From NCBI RefSeq assembly GCF_963921235.1, contig NC_086108.1, positions 3,348,001-3,412,000 of the forward strand: a stretch of DNA of 64,000 bases, read 5' to 3'. This DNA comes from Mobula hypostoma (lineage: Eukaryota). Each line of letters starts with the position of its first letter. Within the stretch, counting starts at the first letter, position 1. The position numbers and the translations under genes were made by a program. Positions 14,176 through 27,354 of this stretch are shown here, piece by piece. Under the pieces are notes generated by a model. It saw only the letters and a list, made by a program, of their open reading frames with translations. It had not been told where the DNA came from and searched no databases.

Positions 14176-14217
14176 ACGTTGATATGCCTGCTCCAACCAT
14201 GCAGATTATGTTCTCAC
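14176..14217 (-). CDS. SIRT2: SIRT2 coding exon 5 (CENIICMVGAGISTS)
   Basis: tttgcag|GT GAG...ACG T|gtaagt; 42 nt. Contains the sirtuin NAD-binding GAGISTS motif. Confidence 0.97.
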
Positions 14218-16036
14218 CTGCAAAAACAAACATGTTAACACAATGAACATTCAAGAGTTGCTGAGCAAAGAAGGGAAAGGAAGAGGAGAGGGAGGGGAGG
14301 GGAAGGGGGAGGGAAGGGGAAGGGAAGGAAAAGGAAGAGAAGATAAGAGAAGAGAAGAGAAGAGAAATGAGAGAGAAGAGAAGAAGCCTGAAGACCCACA
14401 AACAATGATTTAGGAACAGCTTCCTCCCCTCCACCATCAGATTTCTGAATGGTCCATTAACTCACAAACACTACCGTGTTCTTCCTTTACTTTGCACTGT
14501 TTATGTATTTTGTCATGTATAGTCATTTGAATGTCTTTGTCTCACTCTGCTGCCACAAAACAACAAATTTCGTGTCACTTAAAGACAGCAGGCAACGTAG
14601 CGCTATTACAGTGCCAGTGACCTGGATACAATTCCAACGCTTCCTATAAGGTGTTTTTACGTTCTTGCCATGTGGTTTCCCTCGGGTGCTCCAGTTCCCT
14701 CCCACATTCCAAAGATGTACAGGTTAGTAGGTTAATTGGTCACATTGGGTAGCACAGGATCATAGGGCCACTAAAGAAAAAGCTTGATAATAAAGCTGAT
14801 TCTGATTCAGATCTAAAGTAACTAGGAATAAAGGTATATGATTAACACCAGATATCACTCTCTGTGAGGCTCTGTGTTAAATTGTGTGTGTTATCTACTG
14901 CTTTGCTGTGCCAGGTCCCTCTGCCAACAGAGGAAGATATCGCTGTTCCACTTCTCCCACTAACATTCTTTTACTTCTTCTTTCAAATATGATTTCTGCT
15001 GCTAAGCATGGAACCTGTGACTTACATTTTGATGGTGTGTTTTTGGGCTGATTGGAGTACGATGACATTTCAAGAAGAATATGTGCTCTGGAGGCCAAGA
15101 AGCCTGGAGACGAGTGCAAGCCCATGATCAACTGGATTTCTCAACAATCTCACTGATTAAAGTGTTGAGCAAGATTGAAACTAACAAGGACAAAAGCTGA
15201 AGGCGAGCAGGTGCTTAGGGCTGTCTACCTGCATCTGACTGGTCTCTCTCTCTCCCTTTCTCTTGCTACTGCCAGAGGAATGTGTCTGCGTTTGACTGGT
15301 GTCTCCTTCTCCCTCTCTCTTGATGTTGCCAGAAGATGGTGCTAGAGTCTTGGATCTTGGGCCAGGTTTAATGGATGCAGCTTGTGGATTGGACACTGTA
15401 GTTCATGTTATGATGTGTCCCTGGTTTCCAGTTGCTCCTTTTTTTAATTGCTATGTTGTGTGAGTTTGATTGGGGTGGACTGTCTCTGCGGCCTGCAGTC
15501 GACAAACAACACAGCACTGAACTGAACTGAACATTCCTAGACTGTTTCAATGGCTCTGGGGTTTGATGTCTTATATTGTGTGTTTTTGGCTTGTTTTGGC
15601 TGCCTCTGAGAAGGCAAGTCTCAGGGTTGTATACCACATACATACTTTGATAATAAATGTACTTTGAATCTTTGAAATTCCTCAGAGTGATGAATTTCAA
15701 CATCGCTCACTTGCAGTAATGTCATTGTATTTATATTTGTTTACTATGTCATGCAAGTTATCCATAACTTATCTTAATTTATGTTTGTCACGTTTACAAT
15801 GTCCTGTACTACTGCTGCATTGCAGACTCAGTGGGCTGAATGGCCACATGCTGTTCCTAATGTCTATGGTCTGATGACATTTATACCCTGGCTATGTCTG
15901 CCCATGACAATAAACTTGAACTCAAAGAGAAACTATGAGCTTCAAGTAAATCAATATTCTAGACTTGAGCAGAGCAGTGCATAGGGTAGATATAATATAC
16001 TGCACTTCAGTAATTGTTGAATGATTGGACACTTAC

Positions 16037-16153
16037 ATTTCTTGTTGAGGATGTACCTGGCGATCCCTTTGAGGCTCCGTTCCTCCAGTACCTGCTCGGG
16101 CACTGCCTGCTGCAGATCCAGGGAGCGTGACAGCAAGTTCCTCAGGAAGTCCA
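16037..16153 (-). CDS. SIRT2: SIRT2 coding exon 4 (MDFLRNLLSRSLDLQQAVPEQVLEERSLKGIARYILNKKC)
   Basis: tccacag|TG GAC...AAA T|gtaagt; 117 nt. Matches mammalian MDFLRNLFSQTLSL...LEGVARYM, including the nuclear export signal region. Confidence 0.95.
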
Positions 16154-16179
16154 CTGTGGAGGGAAGTCTGGACAGTCAG

Positions 16180-16592
16180 CAGTGATTAATGCCCCACCTC
16201 CCCCTCGTACCCCATCCGTTATTTATTTATATACACACATTCTTTCTCTCTCTCTCCTTTTTCTCCCTCTGTCCCTCTCACTATACCCCTTGCCCATCCT
16301 CTGGGCTTCCCCCCTCCCCCTTTTCCTTCTTCCCAGACCTCCTGTCCCATGATCCTCTCGTATCCCTTTTGCCAATCAACTGTCCAGCTCTTGGCTCCAT
16401 CCCTCCCCCTCCTGTCTTCTCCTATCATTTTGGATCTCCCCCTCCCCCTCCCCCTCCCACTTTCAAATCTCTTACTAACTCTTCCTTCAGTTCGTCCTGA
16501 CGAAGGGTCTCGGCCTGAAACGTCGACTGTACCTCTTCCTAGAGATGCTGCCTGGCCTGCTGCGTTCACCAGCAACTTTGATGTGTGTTGCT
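16180..16592 (+). mobile_element. Penelope-like element terminal repeat fragment
   Basis: Same repeat that adjoins GIY-YIG fragments elsewhere in the window; contains a hammerhead motif. Confidence 0.7.
16494..16529 (+). ncRNA. Minimal hammerhead ribozyme motif (CUGACGA variant) in a Penelope-like repeat
   Basis: GUC-CUGACGA-A-GGGU(CUCG)GCCU-GAAAC-GUC-GAC; catalytic core intact, short stem I. Confidence 0.65.
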
Positions 16593-18439
16593 TCAAGTCA
16601 TAGCCCACTGCATTAGAAGATAGATTCTCCACCTCCTTCTCCAGCCCTATTATCTTTTAGAGATGCACCCCTTCTGGCCCAAAGAGCCTCCTAATTATAT
16701 CTATGGGACGAATTAACCAACTAAACCATGCACCGTGGGAATGTGGGAGAAGACCATAGCACCCTGAGGAAATCCACACAGTCATGGCAAGGACATACAA
16801 AATCCTGACGAACATGATAGAATTGAACCCAGGTCGCTGACGCTAACTGCTATGTTAATGTACGATGCCAGAAATGGCTGAGGGTGCAATTGAAATAATT
16901 TCACTACCTCATATATTTTTTTTCATATTGTAATTTGTGGTTTTTTTATGCATTGCAACATACTGCTGCCGCAAAACAACACATTTTATGACATATGTCA
17001 GAGATCTTAAACCTGATTTTGATTCTGACTTCGCTAAGCACTGAACTTAAGATTCAAGATTCAAGATTGTTTTATCGTCATTCTTCAGTACAGGAGTGTA
17101 AAGGAGGACAAAATGATTGTTACTCCAGATCTAACACAGTGGGGGTGGGGGGGGGCTAAGCAGGTGCTACTCCTTGCCCAAGGGTGACCTACAGACTAGC
17201 GGAGGGAAGGAGTGCCTTTCACCTCCTTTGGCAGAGATGCATCTCCACCCCACTATCTGATGTACACAACACATATAAAGATAATCTTTGTTTCTTTTTA
17301 ATAGGTTAGCAGAGTGAGCTTTGGTCTAAAGAAAACGAATCAGGGGAATTAATAATAGAACAAAAAGAAACGGCAGATGAATTAAACAAATACCTTGCAC
17401 CAGTCTTCAATTAATAATGTTTGGGAAACAGTTATAAATCCGAACACTGGAGGGAACTCAGGAAAGTTACAACCACAAGGGCATGCCACTGAACTTCAGA
17501 TCCTTTCAGACTTCATCCTGGGGAAACTCAGGTGAGGTGGTTCAAGTGTTGGGTTTAATTTTCCACGATTCAGTCAAGGTTTCATTTGAATATAATTTAA
17601 CAAATGTCACTATATTATTCAAACATGGGGGAGACAGAAAATAAAGAAAGGGCAGCAAATCTTAAACACAAGAGATTCTGCAGATGCTAGAAGTCCAGCG
17701 AAACACACACAAAATGCCAGAGGAACTCAGCAGGTCAGGCAGCATCTACGGAGGAGAATAAACTATTGACGCATTGGGCTGAAGCCCTTCATTAGGACTG
17801 ATCATGAAATCATCAAGATCTAATGAAGCACCTCCACACGAAACATCTACTGTTTATTTCGCTCCATAGACACTGCCTGACCTGCTGAGTTCCTCCAGCA
17901 TTTTGTGTGTGTTGCAGGAAATGATCTAAAATTTAGCTGAATCTACATTGGGAGAGTGCTAGAAACAACTATTAAATACATAATATTTAGAAAAAAATAA
18001 GGTAATCATGCAAATTCAAGGTGGTTTTGTGAGAGGTCAGCGATTTATTGGAGATCTTTGAAGAAGGAAAATATGCTGTGTATAAGATACTTTATTGATC
18101 CCAAAGGAAATTACAGTGTCACAGTAGCATTACAAGTGCACGGATATGCAAATATACAATAAGTATATTTGTATATTGGACAAGTAAGAAAGAATTAAAA
18201 TAAGTTACCTCAAACAGTCTGACTGGAGGGGTTCATCACTTCCCCAGCTACAGGTTGACTCATTATAGAGCCTAATGGCCGAGGGTGATGGCGAAACTAC
18301 ATAGATTTTCAGAAGGCATTTGATAAGGGACAGCATCAAAGCTTACTGCAGACAATGAAAACCCGTGCAGGTTGATGTGTTGATGTGAATAGAAAAATGC
18401 TGGTTAACAGGAAACAAACAGTAGGTGAAGAGCATAGAC

Positions 18440-19530
18440 AGTATGCTGGGGGAGCTCAGCAGGTGAGGCAGCATCCATGGAAATGAACCAACAGTCAATG
18501 TTTCAGGCGGAGACCCTTCTTCAGGACTAGAAAGGAAGGGAGAGGATGCCGGAATAACAAAAATGTGAGGGGGAGGGAAAGGAGGATCGCTAGGTGATTG
18601 GTGAAGCCAGGTGGGTAGGAAATGTACAGGGCTGGAGAGGAAGGAATCTGATAGGAGAGGAGAGTGATCTTAGGAGAAAGGGAAGGGGGAGGGGACCCAG
18701 GTGGTGAGAGGCAGGCGAGAAGAGGTAAGAGGTCAGAGTTGGGAAAAGAAGAAGAGGGGAGGGGGAAGGGGACATCTCCAAAGTGCCGATTGCACAACCT
18801 CCAACTCTGACTCTGGCCTTGACCTCCAGGCCGGTTCTTCACCGACTGCCACTGGAACCCCCGTCTCCTCTTCGCTAACCACCACTCCGCTATCTCGTCT
18901 CTCTCAGGTCCCATGCCAGCTCTTGGGCCCTTGGAGACTCCATCTTCCTCTCACCCCACCATCCCTGAACACTCAAAATAAAAGCCTTCGACGGGAGGGG
19001 GAAGGGAATTTTTTTTTACCGGAAGGAGAAATCAATATTCATGTCATCAGGTTGGGGGCTACCCAAACGGAATATAAGGTGTTGCTCCTCCACCCTGAGG
19101 GTGGACTCATCATGGTACAAGAGGAGGTTATGGATTGACATGTTGGAATGGGAATAGGAATTGTAATTAAAACTTTGGGAAGTTCCGCTTTTAGCGGATG
19201 GAGCAGAGGTGCTCGAAGAAATGGTCCCCCAATTTATTGTAGGTCTCACCAATGTAGAGGAGACTGCCTCGGGAGCACCGGATACAATAGACCGCCCTAG
19301 CAAATTTGCAGATGAAGTGTTACCTCAGCTGGAAGGACAGTTTGGGGCCCCGAATGGAGGGGAGGGAGGAGGTGAATGAGCAGCTGTAGCACTTTGGCCA
19401 GCTGAAAGAGATAAGTGCTGAGAGGGACAAATGGACAAGGGGATCACGGAGGGAGCGATGAAGAGTCACAGCACAAAACATTGACCATATATGTCCCTCC
19501 ATAGATGCTGCCTGACTTGCTGAGTTCCTC
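18440..19530 (-). mobile_element. Penelope-like element fragment (GIY-YIG endonuclease + terminal repeat)
   Basis: Minus strand encodes CSRGSLLYIGET..KLGDHFFEHL and ..RVEEQHLIFRLGS.QPD.MNIDFS; degenerate hammerhead near 18490-18530. Confidence 0.8.
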
Positions 19531-20409
19531 CAACATCTTGCTCAGAAGGTGTAAATGTTTTTTATACAGATTATGAGTGGAGTGTAATAGAAATCAGTGC
19601 TGGGGACTTGTCTGTGATGTTGGCTGCATCACAGCCTGGTATGGAGGCTTCAATACACTGGATCTCGCGAGGACGAGTGTAGACTCAGCCAACTCCATCA
19701 CAGGCAACCACCTCCCCACCAGTGAGGACATCTACAAGAGGCAGTGCCTCAAGAAGGGGACATGCATCATAAGGACCCCCACCACTGGGACATAGCCTCT
19801 CCTTGTTACTACAATCAGGGAGGAGGAACAAGAGCCTAAAGGTAGACACTCCGTGATTCAGTAACAGCTTTCTACTTTGCCATCATATATCTGCATGATC
19901 CATGAACCCATGAACACGATCAGAATCAGGTTTAAGATCACTAGCATATGTTGTGAAATTTGATATCTTTGCAGCAGCAGTGCAATGCAATACATGATAA
20001 TAGAGGGAAAAAACTGAATTACAGTATGTACACACACACATATATATATAGCAAATTGTTAAAAGTAAATTAGTGCAAAAACATAAATTAGTCAATTCAT
20101 GTTCATGAGTTCAGTGTCCATTCAGAAATTAGATGGCAGAGGGGAAGAAGCTGTTCCTGAATCATTGAGTTTGTGCCTTCAGGCTCCTGTACCTCCTCCC
20201 TGATGGTAGCAATGAGTAGGGGGCATGTCCTGGGTGAGGGGGGTCCTTAATGTTGGACACCACCTTTTTAAGGCTTCACTCCTTGCAGATGTCCTGGATA
20301 CTACAGAGTCTAGTGCTCATGATGGAGCTGATAAGACTATAAAACTCACTGCAGTTTATTTTGATCCTGTGCAGTAGCTCCCCCACACAGAAAGTGAGGC
20401 AGCCAGTCA

Positions 20410-22802
20410 GAATATTTGCATTTTTATACGGAGATAGCTTGGGGATGGGACCCAAGTCTAAACACGAACTCTATTTACATTACACATACAGCTTATACAT
20501 GTACCCTGAAGGTAGTTTTTTACAATACTTTCAATAATTTTGTTCATGAAGCAATAATATGCATGGTACTGTGCAAAAGTCTCAGGCACAGATAGATAGT
20601 TCGAGTGCCTAACTCATTTGCACAGTACTGTAGTAATTTTATTACTGCTGCAAAAAAAAACAAATTCCATGACACGTGAGTGATAGAAACATAGATGAAC
20701 CTGATTCTGGTATGATCTCTACTGTGGACTGAGTGGGAAGGGGGCAGGGAGAGGGGAAGGGAGCTGGGAGAGGAAGGGGGCTGGGAGAGAGGAAGGGGTG
20801 AGGGAAAAGGGTAGGAGGCAGGGAGAGGAGATGGGGGCAAAGAGAGAGGAAGGAGACCAGGAAAAGGGTAGGGGGGACAGGGAGAGGGGAAGGGAGCTGG
20901 GAGAGAGGAAGGAGTGAGGGAAAAGTGTAGGGGCAGGGAGAGGTGGTGGGGGCAAAGAGAAAGGTAGGTGACTGGGAAAAGGGTAGGGGGCAAGGAAAGG
21001 GGAAGGGGCTGGAAGGGGGGTTGGCATTGTGAGGAGGAACACCAGACTTGAGAGATTGGAGACATCATTGTTGACATGGTGAGGTAGAACATCTAAGGGA
21101 GAGAGTACATCATTGTGAGGTGGAACATTAGACTTGAGAGAGAGAGAACATCATTGTTGGCATCATTGTGAGAAGGAGCATCAGACTTGTTCTGTTGTCA
21201 AGATTTTCATCAGCAACAATTTGGCAAACACATTCATCAATGAATTTCTTTGCTGCTTCGTGTTCAGTGACGTGTTTTTGCCACAAATATCTAATAATTT
21301 AATGCCATGCCTTTTCTTAAAGTTTTACAATAACCTTTGATTTTCAGTTTATCGTGATAGATTTTGCTTATTTCAGGATCAGCATACTGTTAAGTGACAT
21401 ACAGTTGCAAGAACAAGTTTGTGAACCCTTTGCAATTACCTGTTTTTCTGCATTAATTATTCATGAAATGCGGTCTGATCTTCATCTAAGTCACAGTAAC
21501 AGATAAACACAATCTGCCTAAACTGGCACCACATGAACAATTGTACTTTTCATGTCTTTATTGAACACATTGTTTAATCATTCACAGCCCAGGCTGAAAA
21601 AAGTATGTGAATCTTTGTGATTAATAACTGGTAGAAACTCCTTCAGCAGCAATGACCTCCACCAAACGTTTCCTGTAGCTGCTGATCAAACTTGCACAAT
21701 GGCAAGGAAGAATTTTAGACCATTCCTCCATGCAAAACTGTTTCAAATAATTAATATTTCTGGGATACCTTGCATGAACAGCCCTCTTCAGGTTATGCCA
21801 CAGCATCTGAATTGGGTAAAAGTCTGGACTCTGACTTGGCCATTGCAAAACATGAAATTTCTTCTTTTTAAACCATTCTGTTGTTGATTTAATTTTGTCC
21901 TTTTTATAGGGCAGGGCACCTCTACAACCCATATCTCCAAACCCATCTCATTGATTGGGACACCTGACTCCAAATAACTTTTGTAGAAGGCATAACCCCA
22001 GAGGTTCACACACTTTTTTGAACCTAGACTGTGAATGTTTAAAAAGTGTACTTGGTACTGATGAGAAGTACAATTGTTTGTGTGTTATTAGTTTAGGCAG
22101 ATTGTGTTTGTCTATTGCAGTGACTTAGATGAAGATCAGGCCACATTTTATGAGTAAATATTGCAGAAAACCAGGTAATAGCAAAGCATTCACAAACTTT
22201 TTCTAACAACTGCATGTTCACTCCAACGCTGACAAATCCACCCTTTCAATACATGATCGAGATCTTCATTTTTCGTTTTATGCAGTGTTTTTCTATTTTT
22301 CATCTTCTGGTCATTACTCTCAGGCTATAACTTTAACAGTTTGTCCTCTGCTTCCTCAGGTTATAGATGCTGGTTGTCCCAGCATCATAGTCAGATGCTT
22401 CACATTTAACACCGCTGTCAAGTTTTTCTAACAACTTGACTTTCTCTGCTATAGATAAACGTAAATGCTTCCTCTTTTTCTTTTCACTATTACCCCTAGG
22501 GGTAACTGCAGGCTCTTTTTAATATTTTCAGAGCACAGAGCAGAGGATAAATGTAAAACACGTGGTATTCGCTGTGTGTAATGCACAAAGGTCTGGTTGT
22601 AATGACTGCTGTAAGCAAACTGATGCCAGCAGAGCCCCACTCTCGGTAAGTGAGGTCACTTCTCAGAAATTGGTGCGCAGAGACCTACATATCACCCGGG
22701 AACCTTCCCAGCACCTTGAAGAATTTTCCATTTGTGGCGTCATGTCAGCATTTAAAAAAAAATCAGATTTCTGGATTTTTTTGGATAAGGGGTGCTCAAC
22801 CA
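20410..22802 (-). mobile_element. Tigger4/Zombi-like pogo transposon, fragmented by nested insertions
   Basis: End ...ttttccatttgtggcgtcatgtc...ggataaggggtgctcaacc; subterminal cttggggatgggacccaagtctaaacacgaa; minus-strand peptides KKRKHLRLSIAEKVKLLEKLDSGV, KNEDLDHVLKGWI, FKKRHGIK. Confidence 0.75.
21402..22212 (-). mobile_element. Internally deleted Tc1 element with long TIRs, nested in the Tigger
   Basis: TIRs cagttgcaagaacaagtttgtgaaccc / ttcacaaacttttttctaacaactg; peptide WPSQSPDFYPIQMLW. Confidence 0.9.
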
Positions 22803-22814
22803 AAATCAAAATAA

Positions 22815-23900
22815 AGTCCAAGTAAATTTTATTATCAGAGTACATATAGGTCACCATATACAACCCTGAGATTCATTTTCCTGTGGGCATACTCAGCAAA
22901 TTTAGAGAATAGGATCAATAAAGATCAGCCAGAGTGCAGAAGACAACAAACTGTGTAAATGAAAATAAAAATAAATAGCAATAAATAGCGAAAACCTGAA
23001 ATGACAAGATAAAGAGTCTTTAAAGTGAAATTGTTGGTTGTGGGAACGTGTCAGTGGATGGGCAAGTGAGTCTAGTTAACCCCTTTGTTCACGAGCCTGA
23101 TGGCTGTGTGGTAGTAAAGGTTCATGAACCTGGTGGTGCGAGTCCAGAGGCTCTTGTACCTTCTACCTAATGGCGGCAGCAAGGAGACAGCATGGCCTGG
23201 ATGGTGATAATCTTTGATGATGGATGCTGCTTTCCTGTGCTTGTGTTTCATTTAATGTGTTTTATGGTTGGGAGGGTTTTACCTGTGATGTACTGGGCCA
23301 AATCCACTACCTGTTGTAGGATTTTCTGTTTAAGGGCAATGGTGTTTCCATACTAGGCTATAATGCAGCCAGTTAATACACTCTCCACTAAACATCTATA
23401 GAAGTTTGTCAGTTTTAGATGTCATGTCGAATCTCCAGACTCCGAAGGAAGTAGAGGTTCTGCTGTGCTTTCTTCACAATTGCACTTATGTGCTGGGTCC
23501 GGGCAGGTCCGCTGAAATAGTAACACCCGGGAATTTAAAGTTGATAACTCTCTCCATCTCTGATCCTCCGATGAGGACTGGTTCATGAATCTCTGGTTTC
23601 CCTCTCCTGAAGTCTATAAATTGAGTGAGAGGTTGTTGTGGCCACCACTCTGCCAGATTTTCGTCTCTCTCCTGTATGCTGATTTGTCACCATCTTTGAT
23701 TCAGCCCCCAACAGTGGTGTCATCAGCAAACTCGAGTGTGGCACTGGAGCTGTGCTTAGCCACACAGTCATAGGTGTAAAGAGAGTACAGAGCAGGGGGC
23801 TAAGCACTCAGTTTGTGGTGCATCTGTGCTGATAGAGATCATGGAGGAGATGTTGTCACCAATCCAGACTGACTGGAGTCTACAAGTGAGGAAATCTGCA
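22815..23900 (-). mobile_element. Rex1/Babar-type LINE 3' fragment
   Basis: Decayed RT (LSPLL..L.T.DCVA, FADD-like) and the 3' UTR shared with other copies. Confidence 0.8.
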
Positions 23901-24739
23901 CAATTAATCTGATCCTAATTCAAGAGGGGCAAAAGTTACCAAGGATAGATGGGAATGTAGAATTGAGATTACAATCATATTGGACATGAGCTTATGAAAT
24001 GGCAAATGGAGCAACTCTTAGTACCAATTTGTACATGGAATCAGCATCCCAACCCTAGGAGAACTAACGATAGTGGGAGGCCTCCCATAGCACTGCTCAC
24101 ATTGATGCAACAAATAATAGAGCAGGGAGGGATTGTGAGTGTACGTACAACACTTGGGAGGCCACAACCTGAGGACTATATAGGAAGAAACTGCGCTGTA
24201 GAGTTGCAGAGGAAAGTTACATACTGCTGGGACTGTTAGATATGTCCAAGTAGAAATACACACAATGTACTGGAGGAGCTCAGCAGGTCAGGCAGCACCC
24301 ATTGACGGGATTAAACAGTCGGCCTTTCGGGCCGAGACCCTTCATCGGGACCGGAAAGGAAGGGGGAAGAAGTCAGACTATGAAGATGTGGGGGAGGGAA
24401 GGAAGAAGTACCAGGTGGCAGGCGATAGGTGCAACCGGGAGAAGGTGAGGGGAGTGGGGTGAAGTGAAGAGCTGAGAAGTTGACTGGTGGAAGAGATAAA
24501 GGGCTGGAGAAGGGGGAATCTGATAGGAGAGGACAGAAGACCATGGAAGGATGGAAAGGGGGAGGAGCACCAGAGGGAGGCGATGGGCAGGTAAGAAGGT
24601 GTGAGAGGAAACAAGAATGCGCAATGGTGAAGGGGGGGGAACTATGGGAAGTTCCAGAAATTGATGCCATTTCTAAGTAGAAAAACTAGCAGAAATAAGG
24701 TTACATTGTTTGGAAAATTGAGGAGGTGGAGCTAAGTAG

Positions 24740-25547
24740 TTATGTTGCCCAACAGCCACTCCTCTGCTTGCATTTTTCAGAAACAGCTCTATTTCCATCT
24801 TTAATATCTCTATTTTTTTCCCTTTCAGGGTTCTTTTGAAAACCCTGACCTGGAGTTACACACTGACTTCGGTTCTTTGCGGGAATGGGACCTGCTCTCG
24901 GGGTTCCACAATCGGCCACTATTCGGCACGCCAAAGGCTTGGCCGAAGATTTCAGCACGGATTCAGAAGCCTGGGATCTCGAGGAACTGGAGACGGGCAG
25001 ATGAAGGGTTGGTGTCGCCACAGAAGACCCGTGTGTCGTTGGGGGAGTCGGAACATCTGCTGTGTGCCTGGGGACCCAGGATTCTTGCGACCTTCAGGCA
25101 CAGAGCTCGAGAAAAGCAACGTAATGGATTTTTAACATCGTAAACCAGCGAGTTGTTTGTTATGTCTCCCCGCTTGTTGGAAAACAGAGTCATCTCTTTC
25201 TCCCTTATTAGGAGAGAGAGAGCCTGCAGCATGTTGAATTACCGGGTGAACAATGTAGTCTTTGGGGTAACTGCAAGTCTGTGTCTTTGCTATTGCTTTG
25301 CTCACACTTGAGTGCTGGTAGCGGGTGCATTCTATTTTTGCCGGTGGAGGGAGGGGGACTGTTGCTCTCTGCAGCTTGCACGTGGGAGGGAGGGGAACTT
25401 GGGGGGGACTTTGGGGTTCTAACATTTAACTGTCGCTCATTCTTTGGGGCACTCCTCTGTTTTCGCGGATGGTTGTGAAGAAAAAGCATTTCAGGATGTA
25501 TATTGTATACATTTCTCTGACATTAAATTATACCTTTGAACCTTTGA
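24740..25547 (+). mobile_element. Non-autonomous LINE-derived retroposon, CpG-retaining
   Basis: Ends in attaaa...(cctttgaa)2 tail; no coding similarity recognised. Confidence 0.5.
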
Positions 25548-25609
25548 AGAAGAGATTGACAGGAGGCTTATTTTAAGTGCTTAAAGTTATGATAGAACAT
25601 AGGAATTGC

Positions 25610-26243
25610 TCTATGTCCTACACCTGTACCTAATAAAGTGGCTACTGAGTGTATATTTGTGGTCTTCTGCCTCTGTAGACCATCCACCTCAAGGTTTGAC
25701 ACGTTGTGCATTCAGAGATGATTTTCTGCACACCACTGTTGTAAAGTGTGGCCATTTGAGTTACTGTTGCCTTCCTGTCTGCTTGAACCAGTCTGGCCAT
25801 TCTCCTCTGACTTTCGCCCACAGAACTGCTGCTCACTGGTTGTTTTTTGTTTGTCACACCATTCCCTGTAAACGCTAAAGCAGGGGTTCCCAATCTTTTT
25901 TATGCCATTATTCAACAGCATTAAATAAGAGGTCTACAGACCCCAGATTGGGAACCCCTGCTCCAAAGATTGTAGTGGTTGAAAATCCTAGGAGATCAGC
26001 AGTTTCTGAGATACTCAAACCATACTGTCTGGAACCAACAATCATTCCACAATCAAACTCACTTAGATCACATTCCTTTCTTGTTCTGATGTCTGGTCTG
26101 AGCAACTCAACCTCATGACCATGTCTTCATATTCTTACCCATAGAGTTGTTCCCATGTGATTGGCTGATTCGATATTTGTATTAATGAGTAAATGTACAA
26201 AAGTACATCTTTTGTACTGTAATAAGGTGACCACTGAGTGTAT
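25610..26243 (-). mobile_element. Tc1-derived non-autonomous element
   Basis: HTH peptides DLSEFDCGMIVG..GLSISETADLLGFS and RRMARLVQADRKATVTQ; end ccactgagtg-ta. Confidence 0.85.
25881..25960. mobile_element. 80-bp hAT (Charlie-like) MITE nested in the Tc1
   Basis: 16-bp TIRs caggggttcccaatct / agattgggaacccctg; degenerate 8-bp TSD cgctaaag / ctccaaag. Confidence 0.8.
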
Positions 26244-26509
26244 ATTAAAGTTATGATGTATTTACAGATTGTATGTTTTTTACTTACTGTATTTTAGATT
26301 CATTCAAGTGAAACATTACACTGAACACTCACAAGGGCAAAGGCAGAGGCTGCTTACTTGGTAAGTAACATGTGGCTAACTTCTAGAGAGTCTCTCATCG
26401 GAGTTGTAGGGGTAAGCCATATATTTCAAACAGGCAATAAAAGGAGGCAGAGGAAGTAAGATTGGAAATGTGGATAAATGTGTCAGTAAATATCAATGAC
26501 TGTACGTAC

Positions 26510-26558
26510 TTTCAGAAACATCCAATGCTTCACTTGCTTCCCCTTGGGAATCCGGGCT
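26510..26558 (-). CDS. SIRT2: SIRT2 coding exon 3 (SPDSQGEASEALDVSE + A of ATG)
   Basis: ttgttttgtttcag|AGC...GAA A|gtacgt; 49 nt. The last A completes the ATG of MDFLRN with exon 4. Confidence 0.85.
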
Positions 26559-27354
26559 CTGAAACAAAACAAGCAGAACTAGTTTCAGCTGTTGACACAA
26601 TGACTCAACCCACAAAGACCCCCTCTACATTGTGATATTGTGGATGTTGTAGATTCTGCAAGTAATTGGATATACCTAAGGCAAAGGTTGATAGATTCTT
26701 CATTAGTCAGGGAATGAAGGAATATGGGGAGAAGGCAGGAACTTGGGGCTGGGAGGGAAATGGATCAGCCATGATGAAGTTTTGGAGGAGACTCAATGGG
26801 CAGTGGCCTAATTCTGCTCCCAGGTCTAATGGTCTTACATTTGGGCTCTCAAAGGGGCGCCAAGGGAGCGTCGTGGTTAGCACATCACTTTGCAGCACCA
26901 GTAACCCAGGTTCAGTCCCCACCTCCATCTGTAAGGAGGTGGGACATTTTCCCCATGACTGCATGGGTTTCCTCCCACACTCCAAAAACACATGGGTTAT
27001 CAGGTTAATTGGTCACACGGGTGTAATTGGGCAGGGTGGGCTCGTTGGGCCAGGAGTGCCTGTTACCGTGCTATATCTCAAAATAAAAGGTATTAAACAT
27101 TATACTCTCCCCAGCAAAGAAGATAACTGATGATTTTTACAAATTACAAATATTACTTAGAAGTATATCATTATTGCACAATGTAAGCCATCAGTAGGGG
27201 ACTAGAGCAATACAATAGTGTAGCAGTTAGTGTCACACGATTACAATGCCAGCCACCCAGGTTCAGTTCCCCTAGTTGTCTGGCAGGAGTTTATACATCT
27301 TCCTTGTGACCACATGGGTTTACTCCAGGTGCTGCAGTTTCCTCCCACGTTCCA

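Noticed and set aside
13690..14390. Low-complexity ORFs
   Set aside because: Simple purine repeats (GGAG/GGAA/AGAAG).
15951..16154. 67-aa ORF as a stand-alone gene
   Set aside because: It is SIRT2 exon 4 read through into the intron; its start codon is formed by splicing.
26858..27085. tRNA-like sequences
   Set aside because: Degenerate heads of V-SINEs followed by the SINE core; no complete cloverleaf.
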